A stretch of 64,000 nt of DNA from Eledone cirrhosa (lineage: Eukaryota): NCBI GenBank assembly GCA_964016885.1, contig OZ024740.1:310001-374000 (forward strand), given 5' to 3'. How positions within the stretch are numbered: the first letter of the stretch is position 1; the number at the start of each line of letters is the position of its first letter. The notes under the pieces were generated by a model, which saw nothing but the letters and a program-made list of their open reading frames with translations, made no database searches and was not told the origin of the DNA. Made by a program: the position numbers and the translations under genes. Positions 12,401 to 26,482 of this stretch are shown piece after piece.

Positions 12401-13469
12401 ATGTCAGACTTGAACCCATCACCACTTCTAGCAACACACCTCAAGGGCACACCTTACACCACAACTCCACACTCAATGATCCACCCTATCTTAACACAAT
12501 TCGTGACATCTATCTAAAACCTTTTACCCTAGAAATATCCCCATGTACATCTGCTTTTAGTATAATTACTTTCAATTACTTAGACTGCATTATAACACTA
12601 TATAATTATATGTAATCTTTAAACACCGAATTCAGCAATGAATTATTTGTGCAAATGTTGTATATATGGAGTGCTATCATTAGATAAATAGAAGATTAAT
12701 TTATTAACATAAAAGAGCTATATAACCTATATGTTGAGTACAATGAATTATGTACAAGTGATATGTGAGTTATACATACATGTATAACTTGATAGACAGA
12801 TTAATGACATTGTAAGTGAGAATTGTTTTTTGGTCTACCCTAGAGATATTTAACTTTGCCATGTAATCAGCCATACGCTGACCCAGAGCTTACCAAGGAT
12901 TATATATAGACGTGGTTCTAATAAGACCCTGTCAGGTTCTATGAGTAGACTACATTTACAAAGAACTTTGATATGGAGATCTGACTCTTCGTATGGAATA
13001 TTCAGTTGTAGCACTCTATGATAGGGAGTAACCATCCTAATATGGATACATTTAGTACTTCATGATAGAGTAGACTGTAATTTAAAGATAGGATACTTAA
13101 ATTTGGAAACTGTATATAACCGTATATATAAGGGACTCAATTGAGACACCTTTTAATGTATGTTGGAATAATAAATTTAGTCATAGAAATCAGCTACTTA
13201 CCTCCCCTCACGCATTAACTCCCCTTAATCACACACATACTTCCGGATAATAAAACGATGTAAATTCTCGCAACAGAAACAACCTGCTCTATAAAATTGG
13301 ATTAAAGAACACCGAGTCGCAACAAGCTGTAATAATTTAACTTAATACATCAAACATCCAATACTGAATCATCGTTAATTATGTGAAGGACATATAAACT
13401 ATATATTACGTTTCCTGAATTGTGAAAATGGTGGTGTATACAAAAACCATAACATTATTTTGCTTCTCA

Positions 13470-13653
13470 GACGGTGGGTTGGCAGTATCGGTAGAGGGTC
13501 GGACGCCATGCTTTCCAGCATAGTTACGTCCCTTTATGATCGGAGTTCAAATCCCGCTGAGGTTGACTTTGCCTTTCATCCTTACGGGGTCGATAAAATA
13601 AAGTATCAGTAATGCACTGGATAATTGCTGGCCTTGTGCCTAAAGTAGAAACA
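13470..13653 (+). mobile_element. tRNA-derived SINE family 2
   Basis: A-box tggcagtatcgg, B-box gagttcaaatcc, body gcctttcatccttacggggtcgataaaataaagt; exact 16-bp TSD attattttgcttctca (13454-13469, 13654-13669). Confidence 0.9.
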
Positions 13654-14437
13654 ATTATTTTGCTTCTCATTTATAATATTTCTCTGCACACAAGCTTCTT
13701 TATCATACACAAAAAATACCTTACCACTACAACCTCCATAATACTCTTGATTACCCGCTTAAAGTGCTTGTATTGCATATAACACCTTGCCGCACAATAA
13801 TCATATATAAATAAGACACACGTGCATGCCCCACGTGTAACTATTGCATGCAATAACTAATACAACTGACTAACAAACTATCCTCTTGCATTATCTATGT
13901 TAACTGCCAATGTTGCATTTTAATTTTAATTTTGCTTTGATTCTGTTTTAATATGATTTTAATTTTTGAATTTAAATTGTCATTCAGAAATAATATAATG
14001 AATGTCACCCCACTGTGTATCAATATATACATATGTATCTGTATGTCTCTTGTGTTGGAAAGGAGGTCATGTATGTCAACAAACATTGAAATAATCTCCG
14101 AAGACTCCAATCCTCGGTTTGGATGAAACAATTGTAAGCTAATAAATGGTTTGAACAGAACTTTGATTCGTGTGAATTCTATATAACTGCTCTGTAGAAC
14201 AACTGATGTTATTACATTGAGCTATTTATCTTACAGGTAATAAGGTAATAATAAATTACTATCTTTCATTGTTTAGGGTTTAAAATATATATAACTATGA
14301 AAAGTTTTAGTATATACATAACCATTATATATATATAATATATATATGTAATATATAATATACATATAATATATATATAATATATGTAATATATATATAA
14401 TATAATATATAATATATAATATATATATAATATATAT

Positions 14438-16477
14438 CATCATCATCATCACCGTTTTACGTCCGTTCTTCCACGCTAGCATGGGTTAGACGGGTTGTCC
14501 TGTTGTGGGCAGTGTCTGGTCGGCTGACCATGCCTTGCTCATACAGGAACTGATCTGGCTTGATTTCTACAGCTGGATGCCCTTCCTAACACCAACCTCA
14601 TTTACAGTGAGTGCTGGGTGCTTTTTCGTGGCGCCTACATGTCCACTTTACAGTGTGGGCTGGGTGCTTTTTTGCCGTGGCACCTCCACGACCACATTGC
14701 GGTGGGGGGAGTGGGGGCATATTGTTTATATGCTTCAGCATGTACCCATGGGAGGTCGGGTACCCTGTATTACTGCGTGACGCCAGAAGTCACGGTCGTG
14801 TGTCATTGACTTTGAGAGGTGTAGTTGGGTAAGGTCGGCTTTTATCACCTCATCCCAAGTCATCTTGGGTCTCCCCACTCCGCGGTTTCCATCAACTTCT
14901 AGTGCTCTGCACCTTTTTATGCAGCTGTCATCCTTCATACGCATCACATGTCCATACCAGCGTAACCGCCTCTCCTGCACGCAGCATTTGATTCCTCTTA
15001 TGCTCAGTCTCTCTCTCAATTCCTTTATGCTTTGTCGTTCACGTATATTACTGTTACACATCCATCGGAGCATGCAGGCTTCGTTTCTCTCTAATCTACG
15101 TAAGTCTTCCACCTTCAGCGCCCAGGTCTCACTACCATGCAACATCGCTGTTCGGATACACGCATCATACAGTCTGCCTTTCATTCTGAGGGAGAAGCCT
15201 TTTGCAGCTAGCAGTGGTAGTAGTTCCCTAAACTTCTTCCATCCCGTTCTTACCCTAGTTATTGTACTTTTAGAGCACCCACCTCCGTTGCTAATTCGGT
15301 CACCTAGGTAGCAGAAGCTGTCTACTGTTTCTACAGGGCCCTCCCAGAGATTGGTGGTACTTGTTTCCTGTGGCTGTTTGCTTGCTGTTTCAGCACAGCT
15401 GCTGCATGTGAATCCTACATTCTTAATTAAGCTTCCTGAGATCCCGCTACATCTCTTGTGTACCCATTGTTTGCATTTGGGGCAGAGAATGGAGTTCCTA
15501 CCTACACCTTTCCTACATACTGAGCAAGGCCATTTCCCTGAGGGGATCTGTGTTCTGTTTTCTCGTCTACTTATAAGGACCTTAGTCTTTGTCATGTTGA
15601 CTTTGAGGCCCTTTCTCTCTAGTCCCTGCTTCCAGGTTTGGAATTTATTCTCTAGTTCTACCATAGATTCAGCTATGAGTGTGAGGTCATCAGCATACAG
15701 GAGTTCCCATGGGCATCCGGTCTTAAACTCCTCCGTTATTGCCTGCAGGACTATGATGAACAGGAGAGGGCTAAGAACAGAGCCCTGGTGGACCCCAACG
15801 TGTACGCTAAATTCCTCGCTATACTCATTGCCAATCCTAACTTTGCTGACTGCTCCCCTATACATGGCTTGTACCGCTTTCACAAGCCATTCATCTACTC
15901 CTAGTTTTCTAAGAGCCCACCAGATTACTGCATGTGGAACTCTGTCAAAGGCTTTCTCAAGGTCGACAAATGCCAAGTAGAGTGGCTTACTTTTAGCTAG
16001 GTACTTTTCCTGTAATTGCCTCACAAGGAAGAGGGCATCAGTGGTGCCTTTCCCTGGTACAAACCCAAATTGCATCTCGTCTATATTCACCCGGTCCCTA
16101 ATCAGCTGTGCTATAACTCTTTCTGTTACTTTCATGACCTGGTCCATCAACTTTATACCTCTATAGTTTCCTCTATCTAGTGCATCGCCTTTACCTTTGT
16201 AGCAGTTGACAATGATGCTACTGCACCAATCTTTTGGTATGGCCCCCTCTAGTATTACCTGGTTAACGATACGTGTGGTTATAGTGTGACCTACAGACCC
16301 AGATGCCTTCAGCATCTCGGCAGCTATACCCGATGGACCGGTTGCCTTCCCTATCTTCATATCTCTGATTGCCTTACTTACTACGCTGCCGCTGACTTGT
16401 ACTGCTGGTCCCTCTATAGGGTCTACGTGGGGTAGGGTCTCTTCTTCCCATGCATTCTCCTCATTTAGTAATCTATC
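14438..16477 (-). mobile_element. RTE family A, 5'-truncated young copy (open RT-PHD ORF 14735-16360)
   Basis: NYRGIKLM, FVDLEKAFDRVP, GVHQGSVLSPLLF, LLYADD, C4HC3 finger; (GAT)n tail in (TA)n. Confidence 0.95.
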
Positions 16478-19400
16478 TGCGTACGCACCCCAATCCGGAC
16501 TGCCCGGCGCTATAAAAGACAGATTCTACGAGACACTGATGCTCGCTACCTCCCAAATAACCGACAGTGACTATATAGTTATTGCAGGCGACCTAAATGG
16601 TCACGTTGGACAACATTGTGACGGCTATGACGGAATCCATGGAGGCTATGGGTTCGGTACTAGAAATGAGGAAGGCTCCAGAATCCTGGAATTCTGCGAC
16701 GCAAATAACTTAACTATCTGTAACACTAACTTCAAAAAACGAGACAATCACCTGATCACCTATAGATCGGGGGAACACACAAGCCAGGTAGATTATATCC
16801 TTACCAGAAGACGTGACAGAGTGTCTGTTGTTAACACTAAATCCCACCCCCATGAAGAATTCACCTCCCAACATAGACTGATAATTAGCGACCTCATAGT
16901 CAGGACGAGACGTACTAGACAGCGGAAGAGGACTATCCTCAGGAGAAAAATATGGAAGCTAAAGGACCCCATAGCCAGAAATAAATTTCAAAGCATATTA
17001 CTTGACGCTTTCGACAGTAAGGAAGAGCAATTAGAGTCGTATAATATAGAGGAACAGTGGGAATTCCTGAAAGCAAACCTGCTGACGGCGGCAGACGAAG
17101 TCTGTGGCTGGAGCAGGCCTGTAGGTAGGAGGAGAGTAACATGGTGGTGGAACAGTAAGGTGGAGGAGTCAATTAAGGCCAAAAAGCAGGCTTGGAAAGT
17201 ATGGCGGGATGGGGGAAGTAGAGAAGACTATCAAGTGGCCAGGAGGGAAGCTAGGAGACAAGTGTACTTCGCAAAAAGGGAAGCAGAGGAAAGAAAGTTC
17301 AAGCATGTTCTACAACGTGAGGACCAAAAACGTGAGGTGTTCAGGATTGCCAGGCAATGTGTCAAGGAAAACCGTGATATTGTCGGGGAGAAGTGTGTAC
17401 TTAACGATGATGGCATACTTGCCATCACCGACGCTGATAAGAAGGTAGCTTGGAAGTGTCACTACGAAAGGCTTCTAAATGAGGAGAACAAATGGGAGAA
17501 AGACAGTCTCCCCCAGATCGATCCAATAGAGGGACCAGCAGTGTTAGTTGAAGGTAGTATAATAAGTAAGGCAATCAAAGATATGAAGACGGGTAAGGCG
17601 GCTGGGCCTTCGGAAATAGTTGCTGAGATGCTGAAGGCATCTGGTTCGGTGGGACACACCATGGTCACCGGGATAGTTAACCAAGTCGTACAGAATGGGG
17701 TTGTTCCGAAGGAATGGCGTAGCAGCATCATCGTTAACTGCTATAAGGGAAAATGAGATGCCCTAGATAGGAGTAACTATAGAGGCATTAAATTAATCGA
17801 CCAGGTCATGAAGGTCACGGAAAAAGTAATAGCGCAACTAATCAGAGAGAGAATTGATCTAGATGAAATGCAGTTCGGGTTTGTGTCAGGCAAAAGTACC
17901 ACAGACGCTCTTTTCATTGTACGGCAACTACAGGAGAAGTACCTAGCTAAAAGTAAACCCCTATACTTAGCTTTCGTCGACTTGGAGAAAGCCTTCGACA
18001 GAGTCCCCCGTTCCATTATCTGGTGGTCTCTTAGAAAACTAGGTGTTGACGAATGGCTTGTGAGAGCTATACAAGCCATGTATAAAGAAACAGTCAGTAA
18101 GGTTAGAATTAACAACGAATATAGTGAAGAGTTTAGCGTAAAAGTTGGTGTCCATCAGGGCTCTGTTCTTAGCCCCCTACTATTTATTATTGCCCTTCAG
18201 GCTATAACAGAGGAGTTCAAGACCGGCTGCCCATGGGAACTCCTATACGCAGATGATCTAACGCTCATAGCTGAATCAATGACCGAACTAGAGAAGAAAT
18301 TCCAAACATGGAAGCACGGCCTAGAATCAAAAGGCCTTAAAATTAACCTGGCTAAGACAAAAGTTCTAGTTTGTAGGAAAGAAAATATGGCGGCAGTCCC
18401 ATCGGGGAAATGGCCATGCTCAGTGTGTAGGAAAGGCGTAGGTAGAAACTCCATTTTATGTCCCAAATGCAAAGTATGGGTGCATAAAAGATGTAGTGGG
18501 ATCACAGGTAAGCTAACTAAGAACATAGATTTTACATGTGGCCGGTGCTCTGGTGCAATAAGTAGCAGCAAGTGCCCACAAAATACTAGCTCCTTCAACT
18601 GCGCAGAGGGTTCTATAGAAATAGTGGACAGCTTCCGTTATCTGGGTGACAAAATCAGCAGTGGGGGAGGGTGCTCTGAAAGTACAGTAGCTAGAGTCAG
18701 AACTGGATGGAAAAAGTTCAGAGAGCTTATACCACTATTAGCCGCTAGAGGGTTCTCCCTAAAAATGAAAGGCAGGTTATACGATGCCTGCATACGAACA
18801 GCAATGCTGCATGGCAGTGAGACCTGGGCATTGTGTGCAGAGGATATACGCAGACTAGAGAGGAACGAAGCTTGCATGCTCCGCTGGATGTGCAATAGTA
18901 ATATACGTGAACGGCAAAGCATAAACGAACTAAGGAAAAAATTAGAAATAAGAGGGATCAGATGTTGTTTACTCGAGAGAAGGCTACGTTGGTACGGTCA
19001 CGTGATGCGCATGAAAGACGACAGCTGTATAACAAAGTGTAGGGCAATAAAGATAGACGGTAGCCACGGAGTAGGCAGACCCAGAAAAACATGGGACGAG
19101 CTGATAAATTCCGACCTCACACGCTTACACCTCTCCAAGACAATGTCACTGGACCGAGACCTTTGGCGGTACTCAGTAATAGAGAAGACCCGCCTTACCT
19201 AAATACAAAGTAAAAACCTACTACAGTCAGTAGGCATCTCTATCAAAAGACACCCTCGTCCCACCACCTCCACCCCACCCACACCGCCCCTTTCAATGTA
19301 AAGTTATGTTGGTCCCACAACATCCAGGCCGAAACGAATGAGATCGTGTAGGTGTCACGACAAAAAACACACAGTCCACGCTGTAAATGTGGCCGTGTAG

Positions 19401-19697
19401 GCAACACGGTAAAAACCTCCCAGCCCCACACTGTAAATATGGTTGGTGTTAGGAAGGGCATCCAGCTGTAGAAAACCCGCCAGACAGTCCACGCTGTAAT
19501 GTGGCCGTGTAGGCAACACGGTAAAAACCTCCCAGCCCCACACTGTAAATGTGGTTGGTAAGGAAGGGCATCCAACTGTAGAAAACCCGCCAGACAGTCC
19601 TATGCGAGCAAGACAACCACTCTTGCCTCAAGTGGGAAAACCCCCGTCCAAACCCATGCAAGCGTGGAACACGGACGCTAAACCTGATGATGATGAT
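16474..19697 (+). mobile_element. RTE family B, 5'-truncated within APE; ORF ~16476-19202 with one in-frame TGA (17754-17756)
   Basis: ORFs 16539-17756 and 17808-19202 are in the same frame (KGK*DAL where family A has KGKGDAL); APE GDLNGHVG/SQHR, RT YADD, PHD; ~120-bp duplication in the 3' UTR; GAT tail. Confidence 0.95.
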
Positions 19698-19722
19698 ATA
19701 ATATATATATATATATATATAT

Positions 19723-19897
19723 ATAGGAACCAGTAAGACCCCGACAGCTGAGCTCAAGCCGTTTCGACGGCTCCGTCGAAACGGCTTGAGCTCAGCTGTC
19801 GGGGTCTTACTGGTTCCTATTACCCACTCTACTACCTCAAGTATTGAGTACTTTGGTGCGTTATGGTTCACCTGGTTCCTTACCACATTTCCTTCGT
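19723..19897 (+). mobile_element. Short Penelope-type 3' end carrying half a hammerhead ribozyme, folded back as a perfect palindrome
   Basis: 48-bp arms 19723-19770 and 19773-19820; GAAA-cggc-ttgagctca-gctg-TC core; gtattgagtac motif shared with the other hammerhead-bearing ends; flanked by (TA)n. Confidence 0.65.
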
Positions 19898-19927
19898 TAT
19901 ATATATATATAATATATATATATATAT

Positions 19928-20525
19928 CATCATCATCATCATCACCGTTTTACGTCCGTTCTTCCACGCTAGCATGGGTTAGACGGGTTGTCCTGTTGTG
20001 GGCAGTGTCTGGTCGGCTGACCATGCCTTGCTCATACAGGAACTGATCTGGCTTGATTTCTACAGCTGGATGCCCTTCCTAACACCAACCTCATTTACAG
20101 TGAGTGCTGGGTGCTTTTTCGTGGCGCCTACACGTCCACTTTACAGTGTGGGCTGGGTGCTTTTTTGCCGTGGCACCTCCACGACCACCTTGCGGTGGGG
20201 GGGGGGGGCATATTGTTTATATGCTTCAGCATGTACCCATGGGAGGTCGGGTACCCTGTATTACTGCGTGACGCCAGAAGTCACGGTCGTGTGTCATTGA
20301 CTTTGAGAGGTGTAGTTGGGTAAGGTCGGCTTTTATCACCTCATCCCAAGTCATCTTGGGTCTCCCCACTCCGCGGTTTCCATCAACTTCTAGTGCTCTG
20401 CACCTTTTTATGCAGCTGTCATCCTTCATACGCATCACATGTCCATACCAGCGTAACCGCCTCTCCTGCACGCAGCATTTGATTCCTCTTATGCTCAGTC
20501 TCTCTCTCAATTCATTTATGCTTTG
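19928..20525 (-). mobile_element. RTE family A 3' fragment in (TA)n
   Basis: Near-identical to 14438-15035. Confidence 0.95.
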
Positions 20526-20563
20526 TATATAAATATATATATAATATATAATATATATATATA

Positions 20564-20595
<32 letters not shown>

Positions 20596-20628
20596 ATATA
20601 TATATATAATATATAATATATATATATA

Positions 20629-20660
<32 letters not shown>

Positions 20661-20682
20661 ATATATATATAATATATATATA

Positions 20683-20733
<51 letters not shown>

Positions 20734-20804
20734 ATATATATATAATATATATATAATATATATAAATATATATATATATATAATATATATATAATATATA
20801 TATA

Positions 20805-20837
<33 letters not shown>

Positions 20838-20850
20838 AATATATATATAT

Positions 20851-20905
<55 letters not shown>

Positions 20906-20908
<3 letters not shown>

Positions 20909-22075
20909 GTAGATAAATCTACCAAGAGTTTACGGTAGTGTCCAATCCGTATGAAGAACTCAATGTATTCCGGATATCATGGAAAGAAGAGATGTAATGA
21001 AAATCCACTTTCGGTGAAAGATAAACGGTATACAGAGTCAAGATAAAATATTAAACAAATAATGAACAAACAATTCCTTATATTAAACAAAAAAAGTTCA
21101 CTATTTAACGATCGTTTCTAGGGTATATATGTGTTATAATTGGTATGCATATTTAACAGATCTATGTACAAAATTATACAAAATTATACAAATTATCAAG
21201 ATTAAATATACATACCTAACTCATATATACGCCGTCTTCAGAAATAATGAAGTATATTTATTGATAATAACAACAATTCAAAATATCAGTTCAAAATTGA
21301 CCAATGAAAACACAAAGGGTTAAAAGCAGTTTGGTGTGTGTATATACATGTAAAAACCTTACACATATTTTACAATAATGTGTGTATAATTTGTATGTGC
21401 ATACTAAAAAGATGGATGCAAACACAAAATTTCAAGGTTAATATCTCTGTAAGCTTAATGCGCTGATAAGATACGCAATGATACTTATGGAGTCAAGCAT
21501 ATAAATATATTTTTTTCATACTCACACATATCAGTATAATCACACATACATGTGCGTATATGCATAAATATACACATAACCACGAACATACAAACACACA
21601 CACTCCCCCACTCACATTTATATATGTGGATATAAAATCATAAGCAAATAGAAATTAAGTCACTCACATAAAACACTGGCACACACATTTCAAGATCAAG
21701 ATACAGAAATTAGGTGGGAGGGGGGGGGGGGAGGGGTCAGTATTAGATTGTCAGACCAGACTGCCTAATATAAATGTATCTATAAATTAAGAAAAATAAA
21801 AAAATAAAAACAATAAAATATAATGAATATAATATAATGTACATACACATACAGATATACATACACATACATACATGTACGCGCACATAGAGATACTTAC
21901 ACATACATACATACACACATACCTATACAGTCATACACACACATACATTTACACGAACATACACATACACATATAAAAAGATATAAATACACACACACAC
22001 ACACGCAACACATACACACATACACATATATATAAAAAATAGATAATAAAGATATATATCCATATATATATATAT

Positions 22076-22136
<61 letters not shown>

Positions 22137-22225
22137 CATACACATACATACTCATACATCTAAATATACATACACATACATACACACATACATGCATATA
22201 CATGTACATACATATACGCACATCG

Positions 22226-22268
<43 letters not shown>

Positions 22269-22636
22269 TATATATATACACTCACATAGACATAAAGATA
22301 CATACACACACAACTTACATACACACGCATACACATATATATATATATATATATAGATGTACCTTCATACATAGAATTAGATATATAATCATACATACAT
22401 ATGTACCTACTCATACTCATATAAATAAATACATACGCTTCCATCTAAGTGTATACACATAAAAAACAATACCACCTCACCAAACCCAGACATACAAATG
22501 AAAATAATAATAAAAAATAAAAATAAAAAAACGCATATGTATATACATACACACACGCATTAATAGAGATATATATATATACACACATACATACACACGC
22601 ATATATATACATACACACACACATACATACACATAC

Positions 22637-22695
<59 letters not shown>

Positions 22696-23033
22696 TAGAC
22701 TCATATATATATATATACATATACATATATATATATATAAACATATATATCCACACACTTATACCACCATAAATACACATACAAACACCCACATGTATAT
22801 ATATATATATATATACATATATCCACATACACACACGTACACATATATATATATATATATATACACATACATATATACATATATATATACACACACATAA
22901 AAAACAGACATGCACATACATATATATATATATATATTTCATTACTCTTATATATACACATAGTATATATACATACACAACCTCACTTATACACATATAC
23001 ACATAAGTTATATTACAATAATAATAAAGAATA

Positions 23034-23072
<39 letters not shown>

Positions 23073-23170
23073 CATATACACACATACATACACATACATA
23101 CATACACATAAATATATACATACATAAATACACACATACGAATAAAGACATATATTCACACATAGACACC

Positions 23171-23205
<35 letters not shown>

Positions 23206-23206
23206 C

Positions 23207-23238
<32 letters not shown>

Positions 23239-25779
23239 CATATATATACACATACACACACACACACGCACACAGACACACATACACACTCACATATATA
23301 TATATATATATATGTGTATGTGAGTGTGCGCAAATACACATATATATACACACACACACATACAAACACACACAAACACATACATATGCATACGTGCACA
23401 CACACACACATATATCACATAGATACGAAGATAAACATATAAATAGAGAGACATACAAATATATACAGAACCCATATACACATACATACAAAGACGCATA
23501 TACATATACATACATATATACACATATATATATTCCTACATACAAGCATACACATACATACACATATATACATATACATACACATATACATACCACACAT
23601 TCACATACACATACATATATAATACATATATATACATATATATACACACATATGTATGTACAATCATATATACACACTCAATCTTACATTCATATTTACA
23701 TGCTCATATATGTATTTTTATATTTAGAAATAAATACCAAAACCTATATAGACACCCACCTACACATATATTCATACATATACGCTTACAAAAACAGATG
23801 ATAATAGTATGGGGGAAAGGGGGGGTTTGGAGAAGGGGATCAAAGTAAATATATGTTTCAAGAAACATATAATATTTTCCGTATCTTAATTCAATGTATG
23901 TTCTTACATAATTTCAGTGCTAGGAAATACGAAATCTATGCATCTCAAAACAAAAAAGTATACCATTAATCATATGTTAACTAAACCAAAGATAGTCAAC
24001 ATATTGATTTCCAAGGTGTAAATTAGTTAGGTTTATAATATTTGAAGCAGAATTATGAAGTCAAACAGTAGTAGATTATTAATTACATTATAACTAAATT
24101 AAAGTTAATAACGTTATGGTATCAATATTAGGAGATGAATTTAGTAATAGGGAAAAGAAACCCAAATAAAAATAAAATAAAGTATTACATCGGTAGTAGC
24201 ATATAAATTATATGTTAACTAAATTAAAAATTATATATTTATTTCAATAGTATACGTTAATTAGTATATGTTAATTAGGTATACAATACATAAAGCAGAT
24301 ATTATATTTCATCAATAGCATAATATAATTATATGCAAATAAAAATCAAAATTAATACGCATACATATACATATACATACACATACACATATATATACAT
24401 ATACACACATATATATATATATATACATATATATACACATATATACATATATACTCACATAAACATACATACAGATACACATACACAACACACACATATA
24501 CATATACATATAGATATACATATCTTTTTCAAAAAATTGCACAGAATATATTAACTAGGTATATATCCAAAACACATCCCATTCTATGATTACATGACAT
24601 TCTGCAATTCGTCTGCACAAGGATACTAATCTTAAGCAAATTAAAATTAAAGTTTTAGGTTGATTAAAACTAAAACCAAATAATAAATATATTTCCAAAA
24701 TGTATATTAATTAGGTCTATAATACTAAAAATTCTTTCTCCGTCATTGGATACATGATATTATTTTGTTATATTTTATCTGTAAAAGAATTATAATAAAA
24801 AAAAAAAAAAAAAAAATTATAATAAAAGGTTAAAATAAATTAAAATTAATCTATAAATTAAATTACTGAGTATATATTAGTAATATTTAAAGGTTTTTCA
24901 AAATTTATGATTACATAATATTTTCTCATCTGTAATAAAATATTAATTAAATTAAATTTATAGGTTAACTAACATTTAAATTAAATTAAATTCTAGAATA
25001 ATGTTATTAATTAGGTTTATAATATTTAAATGTTTTTTTTAGTTTATGATTACACGATATAATTAATTCCTGTCTTTTACTTAATAAGATATCCCTAGAC
25101 TTCATTATTTCAAATAGTTCTTGGGAACATAATCTACATTCCTTTCTATCATTTTGATAAGGGGTGGCTCTTTTGAGCACACTCCAGGTCAAATCATATT
25201 TTATATTTTTATTTTTATAACTATTGATTTTTTCTGCTAGAGATGTTGTATTAGCCAGTGCGGCATTTTTAAAGCTATGTTTGTGGGTATTATACCTTGT
25301 CTTAAAATTGTTAGAGGTAGCTCCTATATATGAGCAAATAGAATCTTTAGTTTTAACATTACATTTATAGACTATGTTGTTAACAAGACAATTCCCTTTT
25401 AATGGGCAGTTTGTTTTGTTTCTACAGTTACATCCTTTCGTTAATTCTGTATTTGAGGAGATATTATTGTTAATTTGATGTACTGGTGGTATACTTATGG
25501 TTTTCTTACATTTATATGCATTATATGCACTTATATTTTGTTTTATGTTATTTGTTGTAGAGTATGAGAATTTAACTGTAGACCTATTTAAGATTTGATG
25601 GTATTTGTGGTTTGGCGGGAAGTTTTTCTCAAGGATATAAAAAAATTTTTTAGCAATATTATCCTTAACTTGTAAATTAAAAGGAGCATTATACCAAGTA
25701 ACTCGTCTATTACGGTTTCTATGTTGTTTATTATTTTTATTATTTTTATATGTTGTATCATGATTTTTACTAGGAGGAT
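20906..25779 (-). mobile_element. Inverted, 5'-truncated copy of the Penelope/Naiad element
   Basis: Reverse complement of 28152-32873 extended through the equivalent of 26330; near-identical (one QND/QNN change and microsatellite length differences seen). Confidence 0.95.
21097..21251 (-). ncRNA. Type I hammerhead ribozyme in the inverted Penelope copy
   Basis: Reverse complement of 25985-26139. Confidence 0.8.
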
Positions 25780-25984
25780 AAGCTTACAGAGATATTAACC
25801 TTGAAATTTTGTGTTTGCATCCATCTTTTTAGTATGCACATACAAATTATACACACATTATTGTAAAATATGTGTAAGGTTTTTACATGTATATACACAC
25901 ACCAAACTGCTTTTAACCCTTTGTGTTTTCATTGGTCAATTTTGAACTGATATTTTGAATTGTTGTTATTATCAATAAATATAC

Positions 25985-26139
25985 TTCATTATTTCTGAAG
26001 ACGGCGTATATATGAGTTAGGTATGTATATTTAATCTTGATAATTTGTATAATTTTGTATAATTTTGTACATAGATCTGTTAAATATGCATACCAATTAT
26101 AACACATATATACCCTAGAAACGATCGTTAAATAGTGAA
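25985..26139 (+). ncRNA. Type I hammerhead ribozyme in the 5' pLTR
   Basis: Stem I ttcattattt/aaatagtgaa; CUGAAGA 25995-26001; ~115-nt hairpin stem II; GAAA-C-GATC-G-UU; predicted cleavage after 26129. Confidence 0.8.
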
Positions 26140-26482
26140 CTTTTTTTGTTTAATATAAGGAATTGTTTGTTCATTATTTGTTTAATATTTTATCTTGACT
26201 CTGTATACCGTTTATCTTTCACCGAAAGTGGATTTTCATTACATCTCTTCTTTCCATGATATCCGGAATACATTGAGTTCTTCATACGGATTGGACACTA
26301 CCGTAAACTCTTGGTAGATTTATCTACATAATTTTGCTCCTATTTTCACGGAAATATTCGTATGTTTGTACTGTATGTGTGTATTAATTTTATATTTATG
26401 TATAAACATATATATATGTATGATTTTGTAAACCCATATACATTTAGTTGAGCTCTTTCAATTGTCCATCATCCATATCACA

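Noticed and set aside
14865-15980. Antisense ORFs of 148 and 209 aa repeated in each RTE copy
   Set aside because: Shadows of the RT frame; they recur only because the copies are near-identical.
17754-17756. In-frame TGA as possible selenocysteine or readthrough
   Set aside because: It replaces a conserved Gly (GGA>TGA), so it is a simple nonsense mutation. The Naiad ORF has no in-frame TGA either, so no selenoprotein is claimed.
19684-19690. CTGATGA upstream of the half hammerhead
   Set aside because: It belongs to the RTE-B (GAT)n tail and cannot form the core with the GAAA locked in the palindrome.
25913-26107. 64-aa ORF present three times
   Set aside because: Antisense to the pLTR ribozyme and repeated only because the pLTR is repeated.
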